IMG/VR virus record: IMGVR_UViG_3300023259_000001 | Span: 1-64,000 of that record | Strand: one strand, 5' to 3' | Origin: a virus | Taxonomy: Duplodnaviria; Caudoviricetes | Length of the DNA stretch: 64,000 bases | Program-made: the position numbers and the translations under genes | Shown: piece after piece, positions 1-9,064 of the stretch | Layout of the letters: each line of letters starts with the position of its first letter | Numbering within the stretch: the first letter of the stretch is position 1 | Notes under the pieces: generated by a model | Databases searched by the model: none | What the model was told of the DNA's origin: nothing | The model's input: only the letters and a program-made list of their open reading frames with translations

Positions 1-133
1 CGTCGGCATCGGTTTCCGGCTTCGGATCTTCCTTGTGCGCCGACAGCACAGACAAGGCGCTATGCTGGCTTCCCGACTCCATGGAGGAGTCGAAGCTCGT
101 GCGGGTTTCCGAAGGTGGAAGCTGGGGGCTCAT
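1..133 (-). CDS. Partial ORF running off the left edge (MSPQLPPSETRTSFDSS...), possibly portal N-terminus
   Basis: Open frame from ATG 133 to window edge; positioned downstream of the terminase; no SD seen. Confidence 0.3.
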   Translation of the reverse strand, partial: MSPQLPPSETRTSFDSSMESGSQHSALSVLSAHKEDPKPETDAD

Positions 134-169
134 GAGAGGGGGAGAGCGGGAGATGGGGCGAGCGGGCGA

Positions 170-457
170 CTACGCCGCGTCGCCTGAAGCGGGTGTACCG
201 GCGCCGGCGTCGCTGTCGTCCGCGTCCGGCTCGGCGTGCTGTTGCGCGGAGTAGGCGTGCGCGTCGTCGGCGTTGTTAAACACCGCGGGCGGCTCGGACG
301 GCGGGTACTGCGGATTGCCGTCGGCGTCCGGCATCGGCTCGTGTTCTTTCGACACCATAAAGCCGTTTTTGGCGCGGCTGATGGTGGTGGAGCGCACGGG
401 GCCGTGCTTGGCTTTCTTGCCTTTGCCTTTGGACATCGAGATCGAAGAGAGTTTCAT
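170..457 (-). CDS. Hypothetical protein, basic N-terminus and acidic C-terminus
   Basis: ATG 457 (MKLSSISMSKGKGKK); co-oriented with the late block. Confidence 0.6.
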   Translation of the reverse strand: MKLSSISMSKGKGKKAKHGPVRSTTISRAKNGFMVSKEHEPMPDADGNPQYPPSEPPAVFNNADDAHAYSAQQHAEPDADDSDAGAGTPASGDAA

Positions 458-518
458 GGGAATCCTTGGTTTTGTTTGGGGCTGGAGCACCGCTTGAAAA
501 GCAGGCGCTCCAGGAGGT

Positions 519-2158
519 TTAGCGGACCGCAAGTTGCGCGAACTGATCGGCACTGCCTGTGAATCCAAGACGGCCGTTGAGGGTGCGGACGAAACCGACC
601 GCTTGCGCGGCGCTCGTACATGCCAGCGATATAAGGTCTTGCAGGGACAGTTTGCCGGTGGGTACAGGCTCGTCCCCTCTCTCGGGCAATGGCGCGAAGA
701 GCCCCTCGTGCAGGGTTTCGAGTTCGTAGTCGAGCGTTGCCAGCCAGTTGCGAAGTTCCGCAGCCTGCTTGACGACGCTGGGTTCGGACGGAGGCGGCGG
801 AAGGGGCCGCTCTGTGGTTGTGTTGCGTTGGTTATTTATCATGCCCAACTGCGTTATGAAAACTGTTCGACGGGCGCGCTCACCCGCTTGGGGAAGCCCG
901 GTATCTTGGCGAGGGTTTCGTCACTCCAAGCCATCGCTACGTTCTCCGCAAATTCCACCGCAGCATCCGCGCTGATGAAGTCGTGGCAGTCGTCTGGGGA
1001 ATCCAGCACGCACTTCGGGACGTAGAAGTAGAGGCGGTACCAGTATTCCTCGCCGATTGGCATCCCGACGCGCGCCAGGATGCGGCCGGTGCCATGCACC
1101 ATCACGTTGCTGTCGAAGCGTTCGCCTTCGGGGTTGCGCCCGGCGTGGCGTTCCCAAGTGAACTCGTTGCGGGTCATACGCCCTTGCGCATCGCGCCGTA
1201 CATGATGGCGCCGCCGGCCTGGGTGTTGAAGCCGAGTCGCTCCAGGAGTTCGGCGTACTCGTACAGGAACTTCTGTTTCGCGTAATAGCGCCAGGCGTCG
1301 TAAGACGCGAGGACGTACTGCGTCCCGGAAAGCGCGCGGCTCATTATGTGGTGGCCGCCCCTTTACCCTCGGGCATGAATTGCGAAACCTTAGTTGGCAG
1401 CTTGACCGATCGCGGAAGATACAGGCTCGCCATGGAGCGAAACCCCGTGCCGCCGGCCGTGGGGGATCCGATCAACTTGGGCTTCTTGAGCGTCTCGCGG
1501 AACAGCGTCGGGGTTTTCGCGAGATTGGGTGTCTTGGTGGAAAACGTCATGCGAAAATCTCCATCAGCACGGCGCGCGCCCGTGCGTACCGCTTGCATTC
1601 CGAGCAGGCGCATTGCGCCCCGGCCGCTTCAACATGGTCGAGGAGGTATTCCAGTTGCTCGATCAGGATGTCGCCTTCGTCAGCGGCCAGCGCGGCGGCG
1701 GGTGATTTGACTTCCGTTGCAGGCTCCATGATGCCGCCTTGGTATTTGGGCTTCGAGGTCGAGGCTCCTCTGGAGTTGCGCGCCGTCGCTTTGGCACCAC
1801 GCGGCGTGCGGCCCGCGGCCGAAGACGCATCGCTCGCAGCATTTTTCGGTGGACGGGGCATAGGGACGGCTCATCAGGTCGGTCATAAAGGGGTAATGCT
1901 TTCGGCGCTGAGATCTGCCAGCCGCGCCACGTAGCGCTCGTAGCAGCGCGCGATGCGTGCGTCGCGGGTTTCGCGCGTCTCGATCTGCGTCGCTTCCGGC
2001 GAGAGGTTCGCTGGGTCGATGGATTCGAGCGGCCCAGCTTTCAGCATGAGCCTGACCAGATCTTTCGCGACGGCGCGTACGGCGGCGTCCCAGGCGGTTC
2101 CCGTGTCGCCATCGTCCGCCAGCCAGGCGGCGTGCGCGATCTGTGCGAGGTGCGTCAT
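519..2158 (-). CDS. Run of small hypothetical genes: 519-848, 854-1177, 1174-1344, 1344-1550, 1547-1729, 1680-1886, 1883-2158
   Basis: Chain of ATGA/TAATG-coupled ORFs downstream of terL. Confidence 0.55.
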
Positions 2159-2385
2159 GGGGCGAACGGTTTAGACGCTGTTTTTGATGTGCTAAACCGT
2201 GCGGGGGTCTTGACGTTTATCGTGGTGCCGATCCTGCTTTCCGTGGACGGCACGTAAACCGGGCGCCCATACGGGTCGTAGAGCGTGACCATGCGCCCAC
2301 AAAACGCTGTGTCGGCGAACTGCCGCAAGGCTTCTCGCACATATTCCTCGCCCAGCACATCCGTGAGACTTCCGATATTCCTCAT
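2155..2385 (-). CDS. 76-aa protein resembling the N-terminus of P22-family coat proteins
   Basis: REALR...LYD...RIGTTINVKTPARF; ATGA overlap with the terL stop. Confidence 0.5.
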   Translation of the reverse strand: MRNIGSLTDVLGEEYVREALRQFADTAFCGRMVTLYDPYGRPVYVPSTESRIGTTINVKTPARFSTSKTASKPFAP

Positions 2386-3938
2386 GCCATCCATCCGCGT
2401 TCGCTGATAACGACTTTGGGCGGCGGCGCGGGGCGCGAGGGCTTCACAATCATTTTGTCCAAGCTCTCATGGAGATAGCGAGTGGCGTCCATCAAATGAT
2501 CGTCCTTCTTTACCACTTTGGAGCCGATGCCGAACAGTGTTTCGACGCTCATCCGGTGATACCGCAGGAATTCTTTCTGCCAGCGCGGCATCGTGCTGAA
2601 CACTTTCAGCCGGCCGGCCTGCATGCGTTGCAGGCAGTGCATCAATCCCGACTCGACGCCGTTGACGGCCGTTGAGATGTTGAGCCTGTGTTCAACCTTG
2701 TAAAGCCGGAACAGCTTCTGGCCGTCGACTTGACTCGACCCCAAGCTGCCAGGGTCGATGAATCCGGGGATCCACTGGTCCTTGCTGTCTTGGCCTTTGA
2801 TCGCGAATGCGTGCAGCGCTGGGTTATACTCTTCCGAGTAGTATTCGCGGTACAAGTACAGCGTGTCGTTGGGCTTATCGAGCGCGCCCCACACCACAGC
2901 CGTTTTGCCGACGTCCATGCCGAATCCGCGCGGCCAGTGCGACGGGATGTCGAACGGATCGATCAGCAGCGATTCGAGGTCCACCGGGTAGATGGCCCCT
3001 TCGCCCTGCCCTGGCTCGCCCAATTCGCGGGTTTTGAGGAGATGCGGCTGGCCGGCGTACTTCCGGCGCATTTCGGTTTTGACTTCTTCGCTCAAATGGG
3101 GTGCGTCATTCCAGCCGATCTTGATGAAGAACTTGGACGGATCTTCGGATTCGAGAAAATTCTTGACGACTTCGCTGTATCCGGCCAGCGGCGTGAACGT
3201 AACCAGCATGAGGCCGTTGCGCTCGCCAGGCTTGGTTGCCATCAACCGGATGCCGCATTCGTCGTAGACGTCGGCCGGCGGCTCCTCATCGAGCCAGATC
3301 AGATCTTTCTCCGTGCCTTCGAAGGCGTCCCGGTCTTTACCGTAGGACTTGAAGCCCAGCGCGGAGCGGCCGCCCGAGACGTGCTGTATCCAAGCCGTAT
3401 CGATCGCGTCGGAAATGCCAGATTTCGGGGAGGGCTTGCCGATGATCCACTCCCGCGGAATCATGCCGGTTCCAAGTCCCAGCGTGGCGCGCGCGTCGTC
3501 GCCGGCCATTCGGCTCAGTTTCCCGAGCAGCTTGCCTTGCACGATGTCGCGCGTGGTCTCGCCGGTTTTCCCGGCTACCCAGGCGTCTATGGGACGGTCG
3601 AATCGGCGCCCGACCCACCAGTGGGGATAGTTGCCGGTGAGGTGGATGGCAACTTCATAAGCGCCTAAGCCTTCCGACTTCCCGACACGGTTGCCGCAGA
3701 TGGCGAGGCGTTCGTTGTGCGTCGCGCCCGCCGCGAAGAAACTACAATGCTTCGGGTACAACTCCCGGCGCAGGTTCCCCGTCTCTGGGTAGAAGCTGTC
3801 CAGCTTGTTGTTGATCTGCCGGCGCCGTTTCTGCTCGTCCTGCTGTGTCGCCAGCAATACTTCGAATTCGAGCAAGTTTTGCTCTAAGCTCTGCGATCCT
3901 GCTTCGCTGGGCGATAATAGCTCGGTCAAGCTCTTCAT
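2382..3938 (-). CDS. terL: Terminase large subunit, P22 gp2-like
   Basis: Walker A GNRVGKS, GAYEVAIHLTGNYPHWWVGRRF signature, Walker B WLDEEP, nuclease DHLMDATRY. Confidence 0.95.
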   Translation of the reverse strand: MKSLTELLSPSEAGSQSLEQNLLEFEVLLATQQDEQKRRRQINNKLDSFYPETGNLRRELYPKHCSFFAAGATHNERLAICGNRVGKSEGLGAYEVAIHLTGNYPHWWVGRRFDRPIDAWVAGKTGETTRDIVQGKLLGKLSRMAGDDARATLGLGTGMIPREWIIGKPSPKSGISDAIDTAWIQHVSGGRSALGFKSYGKDRDAFEGTEKDLIWLDEEPPADVYDECGIRLMATKPGERNGLMLVTFTPLAGYSEVVKNFLESEDPSKFFIKIGWNDAPHLSEEVKTEMRRKYAGQPHLLKTRELGEPGQGEGAIYPVDLESLLIDPFDIPSHWPRGFGMDVGKTAVVWGALDKPNDTLYLYREYYSEEYNPALHAFAIKGQDSKDQWIPGFIDPGSLGSSQVDGQKLFRLYKVEHRLNISTAVNGVESGLMHCLQRMQAGRLKVFSTMPRWQKEFLRYHRMSVETLFGIGSKVVKKDDHLMDATRYLHESLDKMIVKPSRPAPPPKVVISERGWMA

Positions 3939-4455
3939 CCGATAGCGATCCGACTCCTAGTTTCAAGCTGCCGGAGTGCTCGTGCTCCATCTTGCGCTTG
4001 CCCCAGGTGTCGGGGAACAGCGTTTCGAGCTGTTTCACCATGAGCCCGATGGCAATCTTGGTCTTGATGGTTACGCCGTCCGGGCTGACGGTGGTTTCCT
4101 CGTAGCCGTCGCGGCAGATAGCGGATACTCTGTCCTGCGCGCTCGATCGCCCTAGTTCCCAGGCTTCCTCGAACGCCGCCTTGTAATTGGAATCGTTCTT
4201 CTCGCGCCGAAGATGCTGGTGCCGAATGCGTTCTGCCAGCTTCTTGACCACCTTGGCGCGTTGTTCCTCGCGTGCGTGGTGCGCCAGCGCTTCGGCTTCT
4301 CGCTGCTCCTTGCTGCGGACGTCGTTGGGGCCGCCCTTGGGAAAAATGGGGGGTGCCAGTGGCGGGCGCAGCGCCTCTGCTGCCCGGCGCGCGGCTTCGC
4401 CGATGTCGGGCCATACGCTGATCGCGGCGAGAAAGGCGCGCACGCCAACAGGCAA
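3742..4455 (-). CDS. terS: Terminase small subunit (start uncertain; overlaps terL by about 197 nt)
   Basis: RAFLAAI..IGEAARRA helix, YKAAFEEAWELG, FPDTWG..EHEHSGSL; immediately upstream of terL. Confidence 0.75.
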   Translation of the reverse strand: MPVGVRAFLAAISVWPDIGEAARRAAEALRPPLAPPIFPKGGPNDVRSKEQREAEALAHHAREEQRAKVVKKLAERIRHQHLRREKNDSNYKAAFEEAWELGRSSAQDRVSAICRDGYEETTVSPDGVTIKTKIAIGLMVKQLETLFPDTWGKRKMEHEHSGSLKLGVGSLSDEELDRAIIAQRSRIAELRAKLARIRSIAGDTAGRAETAPADQQQAGQLLPRDGEPAPGVVPEAL

Positions 4456-4480
4456 GTCTTTGGGATCGTAGTCGGGCGTA

Positions 4481-4839
4481 CTACTCCTGGCCGCCTTGTC
4501 CGCTCGGGTTGGGGAACGGATAGCCGTTGGGCGCTTCGAACGCCAGGAGCAACTCGAGCACGATGAACCTTGCCTCTTCTAAGGTGCGCGCTTTGAGCCC
4601 CGCTATGGTCAACGCAATTTTGAGATGGTTGTTAATGTCGTCGTTCATACTCTGCCCTCTGAGACGACAGTCAAAGCAACAGGAACCGGGAAGCCTTCAA
4701 CCACTTCCAACTGTTTGAGCCGTGCGCGCACGATCTTTTTCGCCGCGGCGAGGCTCTGCGCCGTGGTTGCGAGCGCCGCAATGCTCAGCGCCTGCTTCAG
4801 AAAGCCGTCAATGTTATCGTCGATTCCGTCAATCAGCAT
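4481..4839 (-). CDS. Two tandem paralogous small proteins (4645-4839 and 4481-4648)
   Basis: DDNIDGFLKQALSIAAL..A.KIV..GFPVP versus DDINNHLKIALTIAGL..ARFIV..GYPFP; ATGA overlap. Confidence 0.6.
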
Positions 4840-4852
4840 ATTACTTTTCCCT

Positions 4853-5872
4853 TCACGACGCCATGAGCCATTGCGTCCATGCGAGGCGCGCGTCCCGGTT
4901 ATGGGAATCGAGCGCCATCCAGCCCTCGAGGCCCGCGGCACGATTCCGCATCAGGGCGCAGCCCACGTTGGCAACTGAAAGCGCGCTGTCCGGTTCGGCA
5001 ATCCAGCTCTGAGGCACCCATCCGACCGCCGCCGAAACCACGCTGGGAACGCCGCACGCGCAACCGTCGGCGGTTACGTTATTGAACGTCTCAGTGAAGC
5101 TGGGCTGCAGGAGCAGGTCCATGCCGTACAGGTAGCGCAGGAAGTCGTCGTGACTCAGCCACGGCACCGGAATCAGCGTCACTGAGGGATTGAGCCCAAG
5201 GATCGCTTGGAGATTCTGCCGGCTTTGCGCGGCGCCTTCGTCGCGGCCCGTCGAGACGTGGAAGCGCACGGGAGCGCCCAGCGTCCGCGCCATGATCATG
5301 GTCGCCACGGTGGCCGTTAACCAATTCTTGAGCACGCGGGAGGCGCCGAACAATCCCACATTCAGGATATGGCCGGCACGCCAGGGCTCACGCTCGCGCC
5401 GGGTTTGCGCGGGCAGGTGATACAAATTCGGCAGCCAGGTGAACGGCATCCCTGTAGCGGCCTGCATGGATTCCGCCAGCTTTTGAGAGTTGGCCGCCAC
5501 GCAGAAGTTCTTTGCCTGGCTTTCGAGCGCCATGTACAGCGGGAGTGAGGCACCAGCAAAGCCGTCCTGCGCCAGGAATCCCAGATTGGAGTGGTAGACC
5601 AGGCTGAAGCGCTTGCCGGGAAACGCGGAAAGGAGCTTGCCCAGCCAGGGGGCATCCACGAAAGGAGCTTCGAGCACCACGTGCGTTACATCGTTCCACG
5701 GCCCGCCCAGTTGCTCCCAGATGTACTCGCCATGCGGCACGGGGTAGGCTGTGGCGTCGAGGCGCTGCTCTCGCAGCGATAGGGCCGTAGCGGCGGCCGT
5801 GATCCCCAGTCCTTGGTGGCAGGCGGTGGCTGATTCGATTGCCGGGTTTTTGAAAAGAAGGATGGTCTTCAT
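4853..5872 (-). CDS. GT-B fold glycosyltransferase (GT4-like)
   Basis: DLLLQPSFTETFNNVTADGCACGVPSVVS matches the GT4 donor-binding motif; LKN motif upstream. Confidence 0.85.
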   Translation of the reverse strand: MKTILLFKNPAIESATACHQGLGITAAATALSLREQRLDATAYPVPHGEYIWEQLGGPWNDVTHVVLEAPFVDAPWLGKLLSAFPGKRFSLVYHSNLGFLAQDGFAGASLPLYMALESQAKNFCVAANSQKLAESMQAATGMPFTWLPNLYHLPAQTRREREPWRAGHILNVGLFGASRVLKNWLTATVATMIMARTLGAPVRFHVSTGRDEGAAQSRQNLQAILGLNPSVTLIPVPWLSHDDFLRYLYGMDLLLQPSFTETFNNVTADGCACGVPSVVSAAVGWVPQSWIAEPDSALSVANVGCALMRNRAAGLEGWMALDSHNRDARLAWTQWLMAS

Positions 5873-5880
5873 CCGAGATT

Positions 5881-6240
5881 TCAGACCTTCAGCAGTTCCG
5901 CGATGTCGATGCCCCAGAAGCGCGCTTCCATGTTCAACTCCGAGACTCTCGCCTTGCAGCGGTCGCGGAAGGCAGCGAGGTTGGATTGCAGTTGGGCAAT
6001 CTGCTGCTCCTGCGCCTTGCTGTGGTGAATCCATGCGTCGCTGGTCTCGCGCGTATAAGCGAGCTGCGCGTGCGCCTCACGGAGTTGTTCCGACAGATTG
6101 ATATACCCTTCGGTCGTCGCGTCCATGTTCTCCTGGAGTTCCACCAGCTTTGCGGCCAGTTTCAGGTTAGCTTTCTCCAGTTCCTTCTCGGTCTTCGTCG
6201 TTTTGGGCAAGATTGTTCCTTTGTTACTCTTCGTCGCCAT
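5881..6240 (-). CDS. Coiled-coil hypothetical protein
   Basis: Heptad-like pattern over about 100 aa. Confidence 0.6.
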   Translation of the reverse strand: MATKSNKGTILPKTTKTEKELEKANLKLAAKLVELQENMDATTEGYINLSEQLREAHAQLAYTRETSDAWIHHSKAQEQQIAQLQSNLAAFRDRCKARVSELNMEARFWGIDIAELLKV

Positions 6241-6303
6241 ACCAGCGATAGAAAATCAAGAGCGCCTCCGTCTCTAAGTCGGAAGCGGGATAGCGCAGGC
6301 GCA

Positions 6304-6501
6304 CTAGCTTCGTCCCTGGTGCTCGCGGGCGTCGGCCGCCATCCACTCCTTGCGGGTGACGTATTCGCTACTCATCCATTCTTTGAGGTCCGCGATCTGC
6401 TTCGCGATGTCGGCTCTCATCTGGAGGTTGAGGACAGTCCAAATGACATTACCGATGAAGCCGATTGATGCGATTATGCCGGGTAGCCATGCGGGGTTCA
6501 T
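6304..6501 (-). CDS. Small single-TM protein (holin/antiholin-like)
   Basis: N-terminal TM helix, then an amphipathic coil ending EYVTRKEW. Confidence 0.55.
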   Translation of the reverse strand: MNPAWLPGIIASIGFIGNVIWTVLNLQMRADIAKQIADLKEWMSSEYVTRKEWMAADAREHQGRS

Positions 6502-6525
6502 GTTGCATATTTCCTTTACTGTGAA

Positions 6526-7404
6526 TTAGGCGATGGCGATCGCCGCGACGCCTGCCTGCGCGTTGTACTGCGCGACAAGTTGCTGGACTTCGGCCAGCGT
6601 GACCACGGGCGGCGGAGGAATTGTTTCCACCATCCAAGTGGCCTGCCCAAATAAGGCGTTCGACGGCGGCACCAGCACGAACTGCTGATCGGCCGCGAGC
6701 GGTTCGATTGGCACCGGCAGCGTCATCGCGCCGGCGGGAACCAGGGTGATTTGCTCGTCCGGAATCGATTGCACCGTGGGATCGTTGGCGGGCTCGCCGT
6801 CCGCGGGTGCATAAATCCAATGCTGCGGGGCGCCGACGCCCCCGCTGTCACGTCCGAGTATCAGCGTCTTGGCGTGCAGGTCGAACCCTGCGCCGTAAGG
6901 CGATACGCCGTTGACCAGGATGCACCACTGGCGCCTGAGTTCATCCGCGGGGAAGACGCCATAGAACATGCCGTACGCCTGCTGCGCTACGGTCACAGTC
7001 TTGCCCGCGAACAGGAAGGCAATCGCTTTCGCGATGGCCTGCGCTTCGGTTTGGAGGCACAAGGTGGCCGGATCGATCGGCGTGGGGGCGATTTCGGAGA
7101 CCAGGCAATTCTGCGTGGCGTCCGTAGGTGTCTCCACGAATGCCGGGTAGTTGTAACTCCCTGGCAGATTCACGCTGGAGGCAATCGCGGCCGGCAGCGG
7201 CATGGTAATGAGCTTGCCCGCGGTCGTGTCGAACATCAGGTATGGCTGTCCGTTAGCATCCCGATCAAACCAGTTCTTGACTGGCTTTGTAGGGTCGAAG
7301 GGCGGAGCTTGCCGTTCGAAGGTTGCCTGATAGGAGGCGCGCGTCAGATAGACGGCGAACAGGTACAGTGCGGAAATCGGAGTGAGGTTCAGGGAGGGAG
7401 TCAT
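6526..7404 (-). CDS. Hypothetical 292-aa Pro-rich beta protein
   Basis: Long ORF with phage-like codon usage. Confidence 0.65.
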   Translation of the reverse strand: MTPSLNLTPISALYLFAVYLTRASYQATFERQAPPFDPTKPVKNWFDRDANGQPYLMFDTTAGKLITMPLPAAIASSVNLPGSYNYPAFVETPTDATQNCLVSEIAPTPIDPATLCLQTEAQAIAKAIAFLFAGKTVTVAQQAYGMFYGVFPADELRRQWCILVNGVSPYGAGFDLHAKTLILGRDSGGVGAPQHWIYAPADGEPANDPTVQSIPDEQITLVPAGAMTLPVPIEPLAADQQFVLVPPSNALFGQATWMVETIPPPPVVTLAEVQQLVAQYNAQAGVAAIAIA

Positions 7405-7405
7405 T

Positions 7406-7836
7406 TTAAGTCTTGGGCCAACCACTTTGTGCAACCGTTTGGACATCTACCGTAATGACCTTTGTGCCGTCCGACGATTCCAGCAGGCCGCCAGAAAGCA
7501 GCCACTTGCCGATTTCGCGATTCAGCGATACGCCGGCTTTCGGCTGCCCCTGCGCGATCTGAATCTGAATCGTTATCATGCGGCGCTCGCAGCGGCGGCT
7601 GTGTCGAATGGGCCGGACCACTTCGAGTCCTCGTGGCTCCAGCGCCACCACTTGCGGTCGCTGCGATAGTGGATCTCGTTATTCATGCGTTAATCCTTGG
7701 GAATGTGGGTCAACTGGTGGACCTTGTGCGCCACGCTCGTGACGGCGTGCTTCACGGCGTGCACCGCGTGCGCGCCACCTACGACGGCCACCGCGAGGCC
7801 GAGGGCGAGAAGGAGGACTACGGGAGAGTAGGGCAT
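7406..7836 (-). CDS. Three small ORFs: 7690-7836 (48 aa, hydrophobic then His-rich), 7576-7686, 7406-7579
   Basis: Translated by hand; the last two are ATGA-coupled. Confidence 0.5.
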
Positions 7837-7878
7837 AATTGAAACCGAATGAAAACTTAACAGAGCGCGCGTGTTAAG

Positions 7879-8514
7879 TTATCCGCCCCAGCCGGCCAGC
7901 CGGTCCGCGCGCGTCTCGCGCTCGGTCGAGCGGACGTACCGCATGGTGTTCCGGATGTCGGCGTGGCCCATGTGGTCCTGGACTTCCACCACGTTGCCGT
8001 TCAACAGCTTGGCGACGTGCGTGCCACAGGAATGCTTGAGCGAGTGCGGGTGCGCTTTGTCCAGCGGAATGCCGGCCAGAATACAGTAGCGGCGGAACAG
8101 CACCTCAATCATGTCGGAGCTGATTCCGCGCTCGTGGCGGACGCCGGCTGTGTATACTTGGCGCGGTCCGTTGCGCGAGGGGAACAGCGGGCCGGATCGT
8201 TCCAAATTCTGCACCGCATCCCACGGGTACACCCGAATCCACGCTTTGAGCGCTTTCACTTCCACGTCGAGCAGCACGTGCTCGGCTGTGATCGAGCCCT
8301 TGCACCGTCGCACCAGCATGCGGGCCCTGCCTGCTCCAGCTCCGCCGGGCCGATAATCCGCAAATTGCAGCCGGCCTGGCTCCGAGGCTCTGAGGCCGCG
8401 GTGATACATCAGCCGGAAGATGGCGCGATCGCGAATCGAGTGGATCACGCGAAAGAAGCGCTCTATCTCCTCTTCGGTGAGGTAGGTGGCTTCCTTTTGG
8501 GGCTTGCGCTTCAT
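7879..8514 (-). CDS. Tyrosine recombinase, FimB/FimE-like (catalytic domain only, 211 aa)
   Basis: RDRAIFRLMYHRGLRASE, RRCKGS, HPHSLKHSCG, QDHMGHADIRNTMRY. Confidence 0.9.
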   Translation of the reverse strand: MKRKPQKEATYLTEEEIERFFRVIHSIRDRAIFRLMYHRGLRASEPGRLQFADYRPGGAGAGRARMLVRRCKGSITAEHVLLDVEVKALKAWIRVYPWDAVQNLERSGPLFPSRNGPRQVYTAGVRHERGISSDMIEVLFRRYCILAGIPLDKAHPHSLKHSCGTHVAKLLNGNVVEVQDHMGHADIRNTMRYVRSTERETRADRLAGWGG

Positions 8515-8729
8515 GCGGCCTTCGCACGGTGGCGCCAAACATTCACGTTCTTGTACGGCCGCCGACGGCGCATTCGTACCATGGGCCACGGTTTCGCACG
8601 CGAGCCGGGGACGCGCACGTCCACCTCATGGAGGCGCCTCGCATCCGCCAGGAACGCGCGCGCTAGCTTTTCGAGGTTCGGGAGTTCGCGGTCGATAAAC
8701 CGGGCGGCCGCCTGCGTCTCTGCTTTCAC
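8511..8729 (-). CDS. Small basic hypothetical protein
   Basis: GTGA overlap upstream, ATGA overlap with the recombinase start. Confidence 0.55.
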   Translation of the reverse strand: MKAETQAAARFIDRELPNLEKLARAFLADARRLHEVDVRVPGSRAKPWPMVRMRRRRPYKNVNVWRHRAKAA

Positions 8730-9064
8730 TTCGCCTTTTTCAACAGCGGGCAGCTCGGGCTGCGCGCGCTGGAGAAGCCAAAGGCCCGCGCCAGCCTGCC
8801 GCGGAACTGGGATACCTTGCAGCCTCCGAAGCCGGGCCCGCCGCATCCTTCCAAGCACAGCCAGCAACCGCAGGAGCACAGTTGGCACCAGGGTTCATTC
8901 ACCTTCAGAATCGGCGCGGCCGGGTCATATTGCGTGGCGACGTTGACGTGCTTTCTGCAGCAGTCGCCCTTGTCTGAGCAGGCTCCGGACTTCTGCCAGA
9001 GATAAAAGGACAGGAGGGCAAGCAGAGCGACTAGCGCCCAAGAGAGTTTCGTTGTTTTGGTCAT
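8726..9064 (-). CDS. Membrane-anchored Cys-rich protein
   Basis: N-terminal TM helix; CC and CQLCSCGCWLC clusters. Confidence 0.55.
   Translation of the reverse strand: MTKTTKLSWALVALLALLSFYLWQKSGACSDKGDCCRKHVNVATQYDPAAPILKVNEPWCQLCSCGCWLCLEGCGGPGFGGCKVSQFRGRLARAFGFSSARSPSCPLLKKAK

Noticed and set aside
2382-3938. Intein in TerL or in the SNF2 helicase
   Set aside because: No C/S...HN splice motifs or LAGLIDADG blocks; motif spacing looks normal
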